From the NCBI GenBank assembly GCA_039801565.1, contig JBDRUX010000022.1:1-27561 (forward strand): 27,561 nt of DNA, in the 5' to 3' direction. The number at the start of each line of letters is the position of its first letter. The stretch's first letter is position 1. Below the pieces are notes generated by a model. It was given only the letters and a program-made list of their open reading frames with translations, ran no database searches and was not told where the DNA came from. Below, piece by piece: positions 11,917 through 20,573 of the stretch. The position numbers and the translations under genes were made by a program. The stretch is from a candidate division WOR-3 bacterium. Its GTDB lineage: Bacteria > Hydrothermota > Tepidihabitantia > Tepidihabitantales > JAOUPE01.

Positions 11917-13164
11917 CTATTCAATTTGTTCAAAATCAAGGTAGGGGCGCAAGACCTCAGGAATTACGATACTGCCATCTTTCTGCTGATTATTTTCGAT
12001 AAGGGCGATAAAAATCCGAGCAAATGCCAAACCGGAGCCATTCATTGCATGGGCATAGTCGAGTTTGCCATTTTTCCGGCGAATCCGAATATTTGCCCTT
12101 CGGGTCTGAAAATCTTCGCAATTCGATATTGAGGAAACTTCCAGCCAATCACCAACCCCAGCCGCCCAAGCCTCAATATCATAGGTCTTGGCAGATTGAA
12201 ACGCCATCTCCTTTGCTGCCAAAAGCTTCACCCGGTAAGGAATCTTTAATAGTTGCATTATTCGCTCGACATCTTGGCGCATCTTTTCAAATTCTTGATA
12301 AGAATCTTCTGGTTTGGTAATCTTGACTAATTCAACCTTGTCAAACTGATGAACTCTAATCATACCCCGGACATCTTTGCCGTACGAACCGGCCTCACGG
12401 CGAAAACAAGGAGTATAAGCAACATAGCATTTGGGCAAATCCTCTTCGCGTAAGATTTCGTCGCGGTGAATATTGACTAACGGCACTTCGGCAGTTGGAA
12501 TCAAATAGAACGGGTCATCTTTACACTGATACATCTCATCGGCTAATTTCGGCAATGCGCCCGAATTGTAAAAACAGACATTGAGATTCAACAGCGGTGG
12601 ACTAATTTCTTCATAGCCGTGATATTTCCGGTGATAGTCTAAACAGAAGTTGACGAGCGCCCGTTCTAAAAGCGCCCCTTTTCCTTTGAATAAAACGAAC
12701 CTCGAACCCGCCAGTTTCGTCGCCGCCTTGAAATCAGCAATTCCTAAGGTCGGAGCTAAATCCCAATGGGCTAAGGGTTGAAAATCAAATTTTGGTATTT
12801 CGCCCCAGTTGCCAATAATTCGGTCTTCATCACCAACCGATGGATGAATGACATTAGGTACGAATTGGAGTAGATCATTAATTTCTTTCTCGATTATTTC
12901 CAAATCATCTTCCAACTTTTTAATCTTTAAAGCGAGTTCCTTGGCGGTACTTTGTTCTTGCTTGGTGTCCTGGTTAGCTTTGCGTTTTTCACAAATTAAA
13001 TCGGTAATTTGCCTTTGGTGGTGTTGCGTATCATCGCGTTCTTTGATCAACTTACGCCGTTTTTCATCAAGCGCCAGAATTTTTTCTAAATCCACCGATT
13101 CGTTACGCCGGCGAATCGTCTCCCGCACTAAATCAACATTTTCGCGGATAAACTTTAAATCCAT
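11917..13164 (-). CDS. serS: Serine--tRNA ligase
   Basis: N-terminal coiled coil, LIPTAEVP, CFRREAGS, RVHQFDKVE, TYDIEAW and NGSGLA. Confidence 0.98.
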   Translation of the reverse strand: MDLKFIRENVDLVRETIRRRNESVDLEKILALDEKRRKLIKERDDTQHHQRQITDLICEKRKANQDTKQEQSTAKELALKIKKLEDDLEIIEKEINDLLQFVPNVIHPSVGDEDRIIGNWGEIPKFDFQPLAHWDLAPTLGIADFKAATKLAGSRFVLFKGKGALLERALVNFCLDYHRKYHGYEEISPPLLNLNVCFYNSGALPKLADEMYQCKDDPFYLIPTAEVPLVNIHRDEILREEDLPKCYVAYTPCFRREAGSYGKDVRGMIRVHQFDKVELVKITKPEDSYQEFEKMRQDVERIMQLLKIPYRVKLLAAKEMAFQSAKTYDIEAWAAGVGDWLEVSSISNCEDFQTRRANIRIRRKNGKLDYAHAMNGSGLAFARIFIALIENNQQKDGSIVIPEVLRPYLDFEQIE

Positions 13165-13826
13165 TATTTTTTAGCCTTTGGCTTAACTTTTGTGTCAAGC
13201 CAATTAATCCAATCTTCAATTCCTTCACCAGTCTTACAAGATAATTTAATTACTCTTAGTGTTGGGTTCAATTTTTTTACCGATTTAACTAAACCATTGT
13301 AATCAAATTGAACATAGGGCAATAAATCTATTTTGTTGATAATCAATAAATTCGACTTGGCAAACATTAAAGGATATTTTAATGGTTTATCCGAACCTTC
13401 GGGTGTTGAGAGTATCATCACATTGTAATGGGCACCTAAATCGAATTCGGCTGGACATACCAAATTGCCAACATTTTCGATAAATAATAATTCATAGTTG
13501 CCCAGATTGATCTTGGGTAATACCTGGGCTAACATAAAACTATCAAGATGACAAGCACCTTGTGTATTGATTTGAATACAATCGGCTCCACTTTTCATAA
13601 TGCGTTTTGCATCTAAATCCCCCTTGATATCACCTTCAATCACAAAAATCTTTTTGTTATTTTTCATTCGAGCGATTGTTTTTTCTAAAAGGCTGGTTTT
13701 ACCTGAACCCGGTGCTGACATAATATTTATAACCACAACTGAATTTTTATCAAAAATTTCTCGGTGGTTTTTAGCTAAGGCGTCGTTAGAGGCAAGAACT
13801 TTTTGTAGAACTTTAACCTCGGTCAT
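13164..13826 (-). CDS. hypB: Hydrogenase nickel-incorporation GTPase HypB
   Basis: SAPGSGKTSLLE, VIEGD, INTQGACHLD, ENVGNLVCPAEFDLG, EGSDKPLKYP and NKIDL. Confidence 0.95.
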   Translation of the reverse strand: MTEVKVLQKVLASNDALAKNHREIFDKNSVVVINIMSAPGSGKTSLLEKTIARMKNNKKIFVIEGDIKGDLDAKRIMKSGADCIQINTQGACHLDSFMLAQVLPKINLGNYELLFIENVGNLVCPAEFDLGAHYNVMILSTPEGSDKPLKYPLMFAKSNLLIINKIDLLPYVQFDYNGLVKSVKKLNPTLRVIKLSCKTGEGIEDWINWLDTKVKPKAKK

Positions 13827-13861
13827 AAACCTCCTTCTTAAAAAAAATTCCTCACTTTTAT

Positions 13862-14980
13862 TTAAAATTTGTAGGAAAAGGAAACTTTCCAGTTCTGGGT
13901 TGAAAAGTCGTAGATGAGGTGGTCGAAACTGATGTCAAAAGCAAATTTTTTAAATTTTATCCCGCCGCCAAAGGTTAGACCAATCTTATCAAATTTGCCA
14001 CGGTTCTTGGTAAAGATAAATTCGGGCAATGAAACATATTGTTCAACATCGTCTTTTATCACCCGCACCCCGCCTCGGGCACCGGTCAAATCTTCAAAGT
14101 AGCCAAGTCGTGCTGACAGCAAATCGTAATAGGTCAGTTCAATCCCAAAACTCTTCCAGGCTTCTTTATATTCGTAGGACAATTCCTGGGAAAAGGTCAA
14201 TGTATCATAAGGGTCGTAAAACATTCCAACCAAAACCTTGGTCATCTCTGGAATCAAAGACAATCGGAATAGTTTTGATTGAATCGGCATATAATTCAAT
14301 CCGATGCGCAACATCCGCGGTAGTGGGTCAGAGGAACCCGAGGTTGTATAAGCAATATTAGGTCCTAAGTTTTGTAATGCCGCGCCGACTGATAAGAAGT
14401 TAAGAGGTTTATAAAGCAATCCCACATCCACTGCCCAAGTTGTACCGACTCCGCCTGAGATATTACCCAATTCCTTTTGCATCACTAAAAAGACCCAGTC
14501 TGGTACCAGGAATGAGTAGATAAATTTGAACGAGACACCGGCACTCAGTTTTGGTAGAACTTTTAAGCCGTAAGCTGCGGTAGCGGCCAAATCAAATGTA
14601 GTATATTCGCCTAACTTCTCGCCGTTTTCATTGATCACTTCGGTCAGACCGGTTGTGAGATAAATGATATTCAGACCGAATGTACCTTTTTCCCGAAGTG
14701 AACGGGTTGCGCCTAAAAACTCATAATACATCCCAGGATATAATCCTGGCAACCAGTTAGCGTGCTGGAGAGTAATTTCGCCGCTATTCTGAAAACCAAG
14801 ACCGCCGACATTGTAATAAGTTGCAGTGGCGTCATCCGCAATTGCGGTAAACGCACCACCCAAAGCGGTCGGTCTCGACCCGGGCCAAATCATTAAGAAG
14901 ACCGCCCCAGGATTTTCGCCGGCTGGAAAAGCGGCACTAAAGATAACCGCTATCACCAGTCCGATTGCTGAAAGTCTCAT
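13862..14980 (-). CDS. PorV/PorQ-family outer-membrane beta-barrel protein
   Basis: Signal peptide, FLMIWPGSRPTALGGAFTAIADDATATYYN, HANWLP and terminal aromatic residue (FSYKF); SD AAGGAGG. Confidence 0.85.
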   Translation of the reverse strand: MRLSAIGLVIAVIFSAAFPAGENPGAVFLMIWPGSRPTALGGAFTAIADDATATYYNVGGLGFQNSGEITLQHANWLPGLYPGMYYEFLGATRSLREKGTFGLNIIYLTTGLTEVINENGEKLGEYTTFDLAATAAYGLKVLPKLSAGVSFKFIYSFLVPDWVFLVMQKELGNISGGVGTTWAVDVGLLYKPLNFLSVGAALQNLGPNIAYTTSGSSDPLPRMLRIGLNYMPIQSKLFRLSLIPEMTKVLVGMFYDPYDTLTFSQELSYEYKEAWKSFGIELTYYDLLSARLGYFEDLTGARGGVRVIKDDVEQYVSLPEFIFTKNRGKFDKIGLTFGGGIKFKKFAFDISFDHLIYDFSTQNWKVSFSYKF

Positions 14981-15013
14981 AAAACTGACCTCCTTAAACT
15001 AAATAACAATTAT

Positions 15014-15042
15014 ATTATAAAATATACTGGGTAGCACGTCAA
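15014..15042 (-). promoter_or_regulatory. Sigma70 promoter for the porV-hypB-serS operon
   Basis: TTGACG(15042-15037)-17 bp-TATAAT(15019-15014). Confidence 0.75.
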
Positions 15043-15099
15043 GAAAAACTTAGTTTGCTCAATTTATAAATAATTTATAAATATTTTCAAAAATAATTA

Positions 15100-15127
15100 T
15101 TGACAAATGATAATTTATCGTTATGCT
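15100..15127 (+). promoter_or_regulatory. Sigma70 promoter for the rpsP operon
   Basis: TTGACA(15100-15105)-16 bp-TATGCT(15122-15127), with an AT-rich UP-like tract upstream. Confidence 0.65.
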
Positions 15128-15140
15128 ATAGAGAAGCAAT

Positions 15141-15464
15141 ATGGTGAAAATAAGATTAAAAAGGATTGGCAAACGAAAGCAACCGTATTACCGGATAGTG
15201 GTAACAGATTCACGACGCTCGAGGGACGGCAAGTATATCGAGTCGGTCGGACACTATAATCCGCGCAACAAAAACCTCATCTTTAACAAGGAACGAGTCG
15301 AATACTGGCTGTCGCAAGGTGCCCAAGCCTCAAACACAGCCGAACGACTCTGGAAAAGATATCTAAATCAAAACATAAGCACAACTTCGTTATCGGTTTC
15401 GGACAATGACAAAACTGTCAAAACTGATAGCGCGGAATCCGTTGCAAACAGAAAAAACGAATAA
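15141..15464 (+). CDS. rpsP: 30S ribosomal protein S16
   Basis: [10 protein letters not shown]...[21 protein letters not shown]...WLSQGAQ. Confidence 0.97.
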   Translation: MVKIRLKRIGKRKQPYYRIVVTDSRRSRDGKYIESVGHYNPRNKNLIFNKERVEYWLSQGAQASNTAERLWKRYLNQNISTTSLSVSDNDKTVKTDSAESVANRKNE

Positions 15465-15482
15465 CTCAAGAAGGAGGAGAAA

Positions 15483-15713
15483 ATGAAAGAACTTATTGAA
15501 TACATCGCGAAAGCCCTTGTTGATCACCCCGAAAAGGTCGAAATAAAAGAAATTGCCGGGGAAAAAACTTTAATTTATGAATTGAGAGTCGGCGAAGGCG
15601 ACCTCGGTAAAGTTATCGGAAAAGAAGGCAGAACCGCGAAAGCGATACGAGCGATTATTAGCGCTGCGGCGATGAAACAAGGCAAACGAGCCCAACTCGA
15701 AATTCTCGAGTAA
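15483..15713 (+). CDS. khpA: KH-domain RNA-binding protein (KhpA/YlqC)
   Basis: [23 protein letters not shown]; position after rpsP; SD AAGGAGG. Confidence 0.93.
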   Translation: MKELIEYIAKALVDHPEKVEIKEIAGEKTLIYELRVGEGDLGKVIGKEGRTAKAIRAIISAAAMKQGKRAQLEILE

Positions 15714-15737
15714 GATTCGATTGCTTGCCGTCCCTCG

Positions 15738-16514
15738 ATGCTCATTCATATCGTTACAATCTTTCCCGAATACTTTAATGGTCCATTTGCTTGTGGCATC
15801 ATAAGAATTGCCCAAGAAAAGGGCATCGCTGAATTAAAAACTATCAATCTCCGAGAATTTGCTAATGATAATTATCGAACCGTTGATGACTACCCATTTG
15901 GTGGCGGCACCGGTATGATATTAAAACCCGAACCAATCTTTCGAGCCGTGGAGAGTGTAAAACAAAATAACTCTCATATCATTCTCCTTTCACCCCAAGG
16001 TCGTCGGTTTGACCAACAGATTGCCCAAGAGTTAGTAAAAAAGTCTCATCTCATTATCATTTGTGGACGTTATAAAGGAGTCGACGAAAGAGTTCGGCAA
16101 TTTTTGGCTAACGACGAAATCTCAATCGGTGATTACATTCTGGCTGGTGGTGAGGCCGCTGCTTTGGTAATTATCGAATCGGTTGTTCGACTTCTACCTG
16201 GTGTCGTTGGTGATATGGAGTCGGTGGCAACCGATTCTTTTATTCAAGGTTATTTAGATGCTCCTTATTATACCAGACCCCGCGATTTCCGTGGCTTAAA
16301 AGTTCCACCAGTGCTACTTTCTGGTGACCATAAAGCAATTCGACGCTGGCGCCGACTCCAATCGCTAAAAGTCACTAAAGAGCGGAGACCCGAATTACTA
16401 AAAAATATTGAACTCACCGAGGAAGAGAAAATTTTCTTAGAAAAGGAGGCAATAGCCAATGGCCGAGAAGACAGAAAAAAGAGAAATAAAAATTCAAAAG
16501 GAACCGTTTCCTAA
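15738..16514 (+). CDS. trmD: tRNA (guanine37-N1)-methyltransferase
   Basis: TIFPE, VDDYPFGGGTGM, LSPQG, CGRYKGVDER, SIGDYILAGGE and YTRP. Confidence 0.97.
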   Translation: MLIHIVTIFPEYFNGPFACGIIRIAQEKGIAELKTINLREFANDNYRTVDDYPFGGGTGMILKPEPIFRAVESVKQNNSHIILLSPQGRRFDQQIAQELVKKSHLIIICGRYKGVDERVRQFLANDEISIGDYILAGGEAAALVIIESVVRLLPGVVGDMESVATDSFIQGYLDAPYYTRPRDFRGLKVPPVLLSGDHKAIRRWRRLQSLKVTKERRPELLKNIELTEEEKIFLEKEAIANGREDRKKRNKNSKGTVS

Positions 16515-16845
16515 ATTTAAACCTGGCGATATTATCAAGGTTTATCATAAGATCTTCGAAGGTGATAAAGAACGAATTCAGACCTTTCAGGGCACGGTCA
16601 TCCAAATTCGTGGCAGCAAAGACTCAAAAACCTTTACGGTTAGAAAAATCAGTCGCGGCATCGGTGTCGAACGCATCTTCCCCCTAAATTCACCATTGAT
16701 TACTAAGATTGAGTTAAAAAAATCAACCAAAGTCCGACGGGCAAAACTCTATTTTCTAAGAACAAAGAAAGGAAGTGCTGTTAAATTAAAAGAACAACGT
16801 ATTCCGACCGCAGTGGAAGCGCCCGTCGCCAATGAAACTATGTGA
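16459..16845 (+). CDS. rplS: 50S ribosomal protein L19
   Basis: FKPGD, ERIQTFQG, TFTVRKIS.GIGVERIFP and VRRAKLYFLR; SD AAGGAGG at about 16443. Confidence 0.97.
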   Translation: MAEKTEKREIKIQKEPFPKFKPGDIIKVYHKIFEGDKERIQTFQGTVIQIRGSKDSKTFTVRKISRGIGVERIFPLNSPLITKIELKKSTKVRRAKLYFLRTKKGSAVKLKEQRIPTAVEAPVANETM

Positions 16846-17444
16846 AGTCCAATCTGGATTATCACTTTTGGCAGCGTGGTATCGTCATCGCCGGTGTTGA
16901 CGAAGTCGGACGCGGCGCATTAGCTGGTCCGGTGGTCGCAGTGGCGGTTGTCCTCCCCAAATTCGTTAAACTAAACGGTGTTAAAGACTCAAAAGAATTA
17001 ACACCCAAACAACGCTTAAGACTCTTTGCTGAAATCAAATCGCAAGCGATTAGTTATGGCATTGGGATTGTCAATCACCGCTGGATTGATCGGATTAATA
17101 TTAAGAACGCCGCTTTTAAAGCGATGAAAAAAGCGATTAACCAACTCAATCCTAAACCCAACTTAATATTAGTGGATGGCTTTCGCATTCCTAACCTGCC
17201 GATTGAAAATCAGGGCATTATCCAAGGTGACAAGAAGAGTTTATCAATCGCCAGCGCTTCAATTTTAGCCAAAGTTATTCGAGATGAAATTATGAATAAG
17301 TTTCACAATTTTTTCCCTGAATATAATTTTAAAAAACACAAGGGCTATCCGACTAAGCAACATCTTCAAATATTAAAGCGGTTTGGCCCTTGCCCAATTC
17401 ATCGCCGAAGTTATCAGCCGGTGCGGAATTGCCTTGAGCGATAA
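16842..17444 (+). CDS. rnhB: Ribonuclease HII
   Basis: AGVDEVGRGALAGPVVA, DSK, VDG, SIASASILAKV, HKGYPT and HRRSY. Confidence 0.97.
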   Translation: MKSNLDYHFWQRGIVIAGVDEVGRGALAGPVVAVAVVLPKFVKLNGVKDSKELTPKQRLRLFAEIKSQAISYGIGIVNHRWIDRINIKNAAFKAMKKAINQLNPKPNLILVDGFRIPNLPIENQGIIQGDKKSLSIASASILAKVIRDEIMNKFHNFFPEYNFKKHKGYPTKQHLQILKRFGPCPIHRRSYQPVRNCLER

Positions 17445-17787
17445 AATTGGTTTAGGGCGGAAAGGCGAAGAGTTAGCAATCGCCTATTTGAAGTCGAAAG
17501 GTTTTAAGATTCTGGCCAAAAATCGGCGTAACCGTTTTGGTGAAATTGATATTATTGCTAAAGACCACGGCGTATTAGTCTTCGTCGAAGTTAAAACTCG
17601 AACTACAACAAGTTTCGGCAGTCCAATTCAGGCAATAGATGCTACAAAACAGAATCGGTTACGCAATTTAGCCTTACGCTATATCGCTGAAGAAGGATTA
17701 GCCGACCAACAAGTGAGATTTGATGTACTTTGTGTCTTACAGACACCAGAAACCACTAAAATCGAACATATCCCCAATGCCTTCTGA
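17434..17787 (+). CDS. yraN: YraN/UPF0102 family protein
   Basis: GRKGEELA, GEIDII, LVFVEVKTR and RFDV; probable TTG start at 17434. Confidence 0.92.
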   Translation: MSDKIGLGRKGEELAIAYLKSKGFKILAKNRRNRFGEIDIIAKDHGVLVFVEVKTRTTTSFGSPIQAIDATKQNRLRNLALRYIAEEGLADQQVRFDVLCVLQTPETTKIEHIPNAF

Positions 17788-17887
17788 TTGAACAATTTTT
17801 TATTGTTAATTTGTAATTCTTAAGCAAAGGATTTGACATAATGATAGATTTCTTTATTATTATAATATTATAATAAGATAATGCAAA

Positions 17888-20557
17888 ATGCACATCTTAA
17901 CCGATCTGAAAAACAATACTAACGATATTAGAGAATTAATTAAACATTCGCACATTTTATTAGAAACTGATTTAAAAGAAGCGAAAAGGGGAGCAAAGAA
18001 GGCACTCTCTTTAGCTAAGCAAAACAACGACCAAGAAAATACCTGTCGGGCATTAAATCTGTTAGCTGATATTTACCGCCGGGAAAATAAGTTTTTCGAA
18101 TCTATTAAATTAGCACAAGAAAGTTTAAAAGTTTCTCAGGCAACTGGCAATAAAAAGATGGAAGCAGCTGCCAGTCTTATTTTGGGCGTGACACTTTGGC
18201 ATAAAGGCGAATTTAATAAAGCTAATCAGTATCTCGAGATAGCACTTAAATTATATCATGAACTCAATGATCAAAACGGGATCGCAAAGGCTTATAATAA
18301 TTTAAGTCTTGCTTATTGGGAAATTGGAGAACTCCACAAAGCACTACAGTACCAAGAGTTGTGTTTGGAATTAGAAAAACAATTAAAAAATTCAAAAGCC
18401 ATTGGAATATCATATCTCAACTTAGGATTAATTTATGAAGATTTAGGTGATTGGGAAAAGGCTAATGAGTGTTTTTTCCGGGCACTTGCCGAAAAAGAAA
18501 GAATCCAAGACAAACCAGGGATTGTGCTCTGTTACAACAATATCGGTGAAATTTATCTAAGAAGAAGAAAATTTGATAAGGCAATGAAATTTTTCAAAGA
18601 AGCCCTCCGTTTTGCTGATGAGACAAATTCCATCCAGAATAAAGCCGAAGTTTTAGGCAACATTGGATATCTCTATTTTCTAACCGATAACCCACATAGC
18701 GCTATTACCTTTTATAACCAAGACTTTGACATATCATCAAAACTCAACGATAAAGTAGAATTAGCCGAAACCTATCGGAGATTCGCCGAGACGATAATTT
18801 CAACTGAATCGAGAAGATGTCATTCCTTTTTACAAAAGGCCTTGCGACTTGCTCGATTGGCAAACTCCCGCAAGGAACTTGGCAATACCAAGAGAGTGTT
18901 TGGGAAATTTTATGCCCAGATCGGTAATCATATTGAGGCCGAGACTTGTTTTAAAGATAGCATCGAAATCTTAAAATCAATCAGCAAGAATTATGAATTG
19001 GCTGAGACTTATCGTGATTATGGTAAATATCTAATTGAAAAAGGTGCAAAACAATCCGGAATTAACTACTTAAAAGAATCAGCCGAGATTTATAAGCAAT
19101 TGGATATACCTTACGAATTAGAAAAAGTTGAATCATTGCTGATTCAACTTGAAGGAATAAAAGAAAAAGGGCTTTCGCTGCTTAAACGAATCACAACTTT
19201 ATCCGGTATTCCAGCGACCATTGATGAATTCCTTCCTAATTGCCTTAAACTGTTTCAGGAAATATTGAATTTTCAAGATGGTGCATTTTTTGTCTTTGGT
19301 CAACGTCCGATACTTATTGGCAATATTAACCCAGATGAAATTATTAATTTAAGTAAAGAGACAAATATCCAATGCAATCCATCGAATGTTTTAATTCCTT
19401 TAAAAACCGAAACCGGTAATGCTGGAATTTTGTTTTTTCGCTGGTCAAAAGAAAATCGAGGCGCTCTTGAGCCAATTTATTGGGAGATTATTGCCAATAT
19501 TCTTTCGCTCCAATTAGACAAATTGAAGCTTCTTTCAATAGCCGAGAGTCAACCTTTTAAAAAGCCATTATTTAAGGGAGTTGTTGGTGAAACTGAAGCG
19601 ATGAAAAAAGTCTTAACAATTATTGAAAAAGTCGCACCAACAAATGTCAGTGTCTTAATCCGTGGTGAGAGTGGCACTGGCAAGGAATTGGTTGCCCGCA
19701 CCATCCACGAGATGAGCAACCGAGCCGAAAAACCATTTATTACCATAAACTGTTCGGCGATACCGGAAACACTATTGGAAAGCGAACTCTTCGGAATTGA
19801 ACAAGGAACTGCTACCGGTGTTTTCGGCCGAAAAGGAAAATTGGAATTAGCCAACAATGGAACAGTCTTTCTCGATGAGATTGGTGATATGAGCTTCTCG
19901 TTACAAGCCAAACTCTTACGAGTCATTCAAGAGAAAAATTTCGAACGGGTTGGGGGCAGAAAGTCAATCAATGTTAATATCCGATTTATTGCTGCTACCA
20001 ACAAGGATTTGGAAAAGGAAATTGCCAAGGGTAATTTTCGTGACGACTTGTATCATCGTTTAAATGTAATCTCAATTTTTTTACCTCCGTTACGAGAAAG
20101 GAAACAGGACATCCCATTGTTCATCGAATACTTTTTAGAGAAGTTCGCCCACGAGTTTAATAAACCAATTAAAGGTGTCACAAAAGAAGTCTTAGCCAGT
20201 TTTTTGGCTTATTCTTGGCCCGGGAATATTCGAGAGATGGAAAATACTTTGGAACGAGCAGTAATTCTATCGAAAAATAATCTAATCGGTCTTGAGGATT
20301 TACCTCCTCAATTCAAGGCAGTTTCGACTACTCCTCTCCCAATTACCAATTCGACTGGTAAACTGAAAGAAATAAGAAGTAAAGCAAAAGAGGAAAGATT
20401 AATCCCATTAGAAAGAGATTTTATTATAAAAACTCTAATTGAGCATAATTATAATATCTCAAAGACTGCTCAGATGCTTGGAATTAGTCGAATCCATCTT
20501 TATCGTTTACTAAAAAAATACCAGATTAATGTAAGAAAAAACAGGCGGCTTATTTAA
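17888..20557 (+). CDS. Sigma-54-interacting activator (bEBP): N-terminal TPR array, GAF-like linker, AAA+ domain, Fis-type HTH
   Basis: Repeated AYNNL/SYLNLG/CYNNIG TPRs; GESGTGKE, ESELFG, FLDEIG, QAKLLRV, FRDDLYHRLN and WPGNIRE; HTH NISKTAQMLGISRIHLYRLLKK. Confidence 0.93.
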   Translation: MHILTDLKNNTNDIRELIKHSHILLETDLKEAKRGAKKALSLAKQNNDQENTCRALNLLADIYRRENKFFESIKLAQESLKVSQATGNKKMEAAASLILGVTLWHKGEFNKANQYLEIALKLYHELNDQNGIAKAYNNLSLAYWEIGELHKALQYQELCLELEKQLKNSKAIGISYLNLGLIYEDLGDWEKANECFFRALAEKERIQDKPGIVLCYNNIGEIYLRRRKFDKAMKFFKEALRFADETNSIQNKAEVLGNIGYLYFLTDNPHSAITFYNQDFDISSKLNDKVELAETYRRFAETIISTESRRCHSFLQKALRLARLANSRKELGNTKRVFGKFYAQIGNHIEAETCFKDSIEILKSISKNYELAETYRDYGKYLIEKGAKQSGINYLKESAEIYKQLDIPYELEKVESLLIQLEGIKEKGLSLLKRITTLSGIPATIDEFLPNCLKLFQEILNFQDGAFFVFGQRPILIGNINPDEIINLSKETNIQCNPSNVLIPLKTETGNAGILFFRWSKENRGALEPIYWEIIANILSLQLDKLKLLSIAESQPFKKPLFKGVVGETEAMKKVLTIIEKVAPTNVSVLIRGESGTGKELVARTIHEMSNRAEKPFITINCSAIPETLLESELFGIEQGTATGVFGRKGKLELANNGTVFLDEIGDMSFSLQAKLLRVIQEKNFERVGGRKSINVNIRFIAATNKDLEKEIAKGNFRDDLYHRLNVISIFLPPLRERKQDIPLFIEYFLEKFAHEFNKPIKGVTKEVLASFLAYSWPGNIREMENTLERAVILSKNNLIGLEDLPPQFKAVSTTPLPITNSTGKLKEIRSKAKEERLIPLERDFIIKTLIEHNYNISKTAQMLGISRIHLYRLLKKYQINVRKNRRLI

Positions 20558-20571
20558 AAGCCGCCTGTTTT
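20538..20571. terminator. Bidirectional intrinsic terminator between convergent genes
   Basis: AAAACAGGCGGCTT-6 nt-AAGCCGCCTGTTTT, a perfect 14-bp inverted repeat with A/T tails. Confidence 0.85.
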
Positions 20572-20573
20572 GC

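Noticed and set aside
15375..15464. C-terminal extension of S16
   Set aside because: Low-complexity tails on S16 are common
16459..16514. 56-nt trmD/rplS overlap as a special feature
   Set aside because: Most simply a run-on TrmD tail; rplS has its own strong SD
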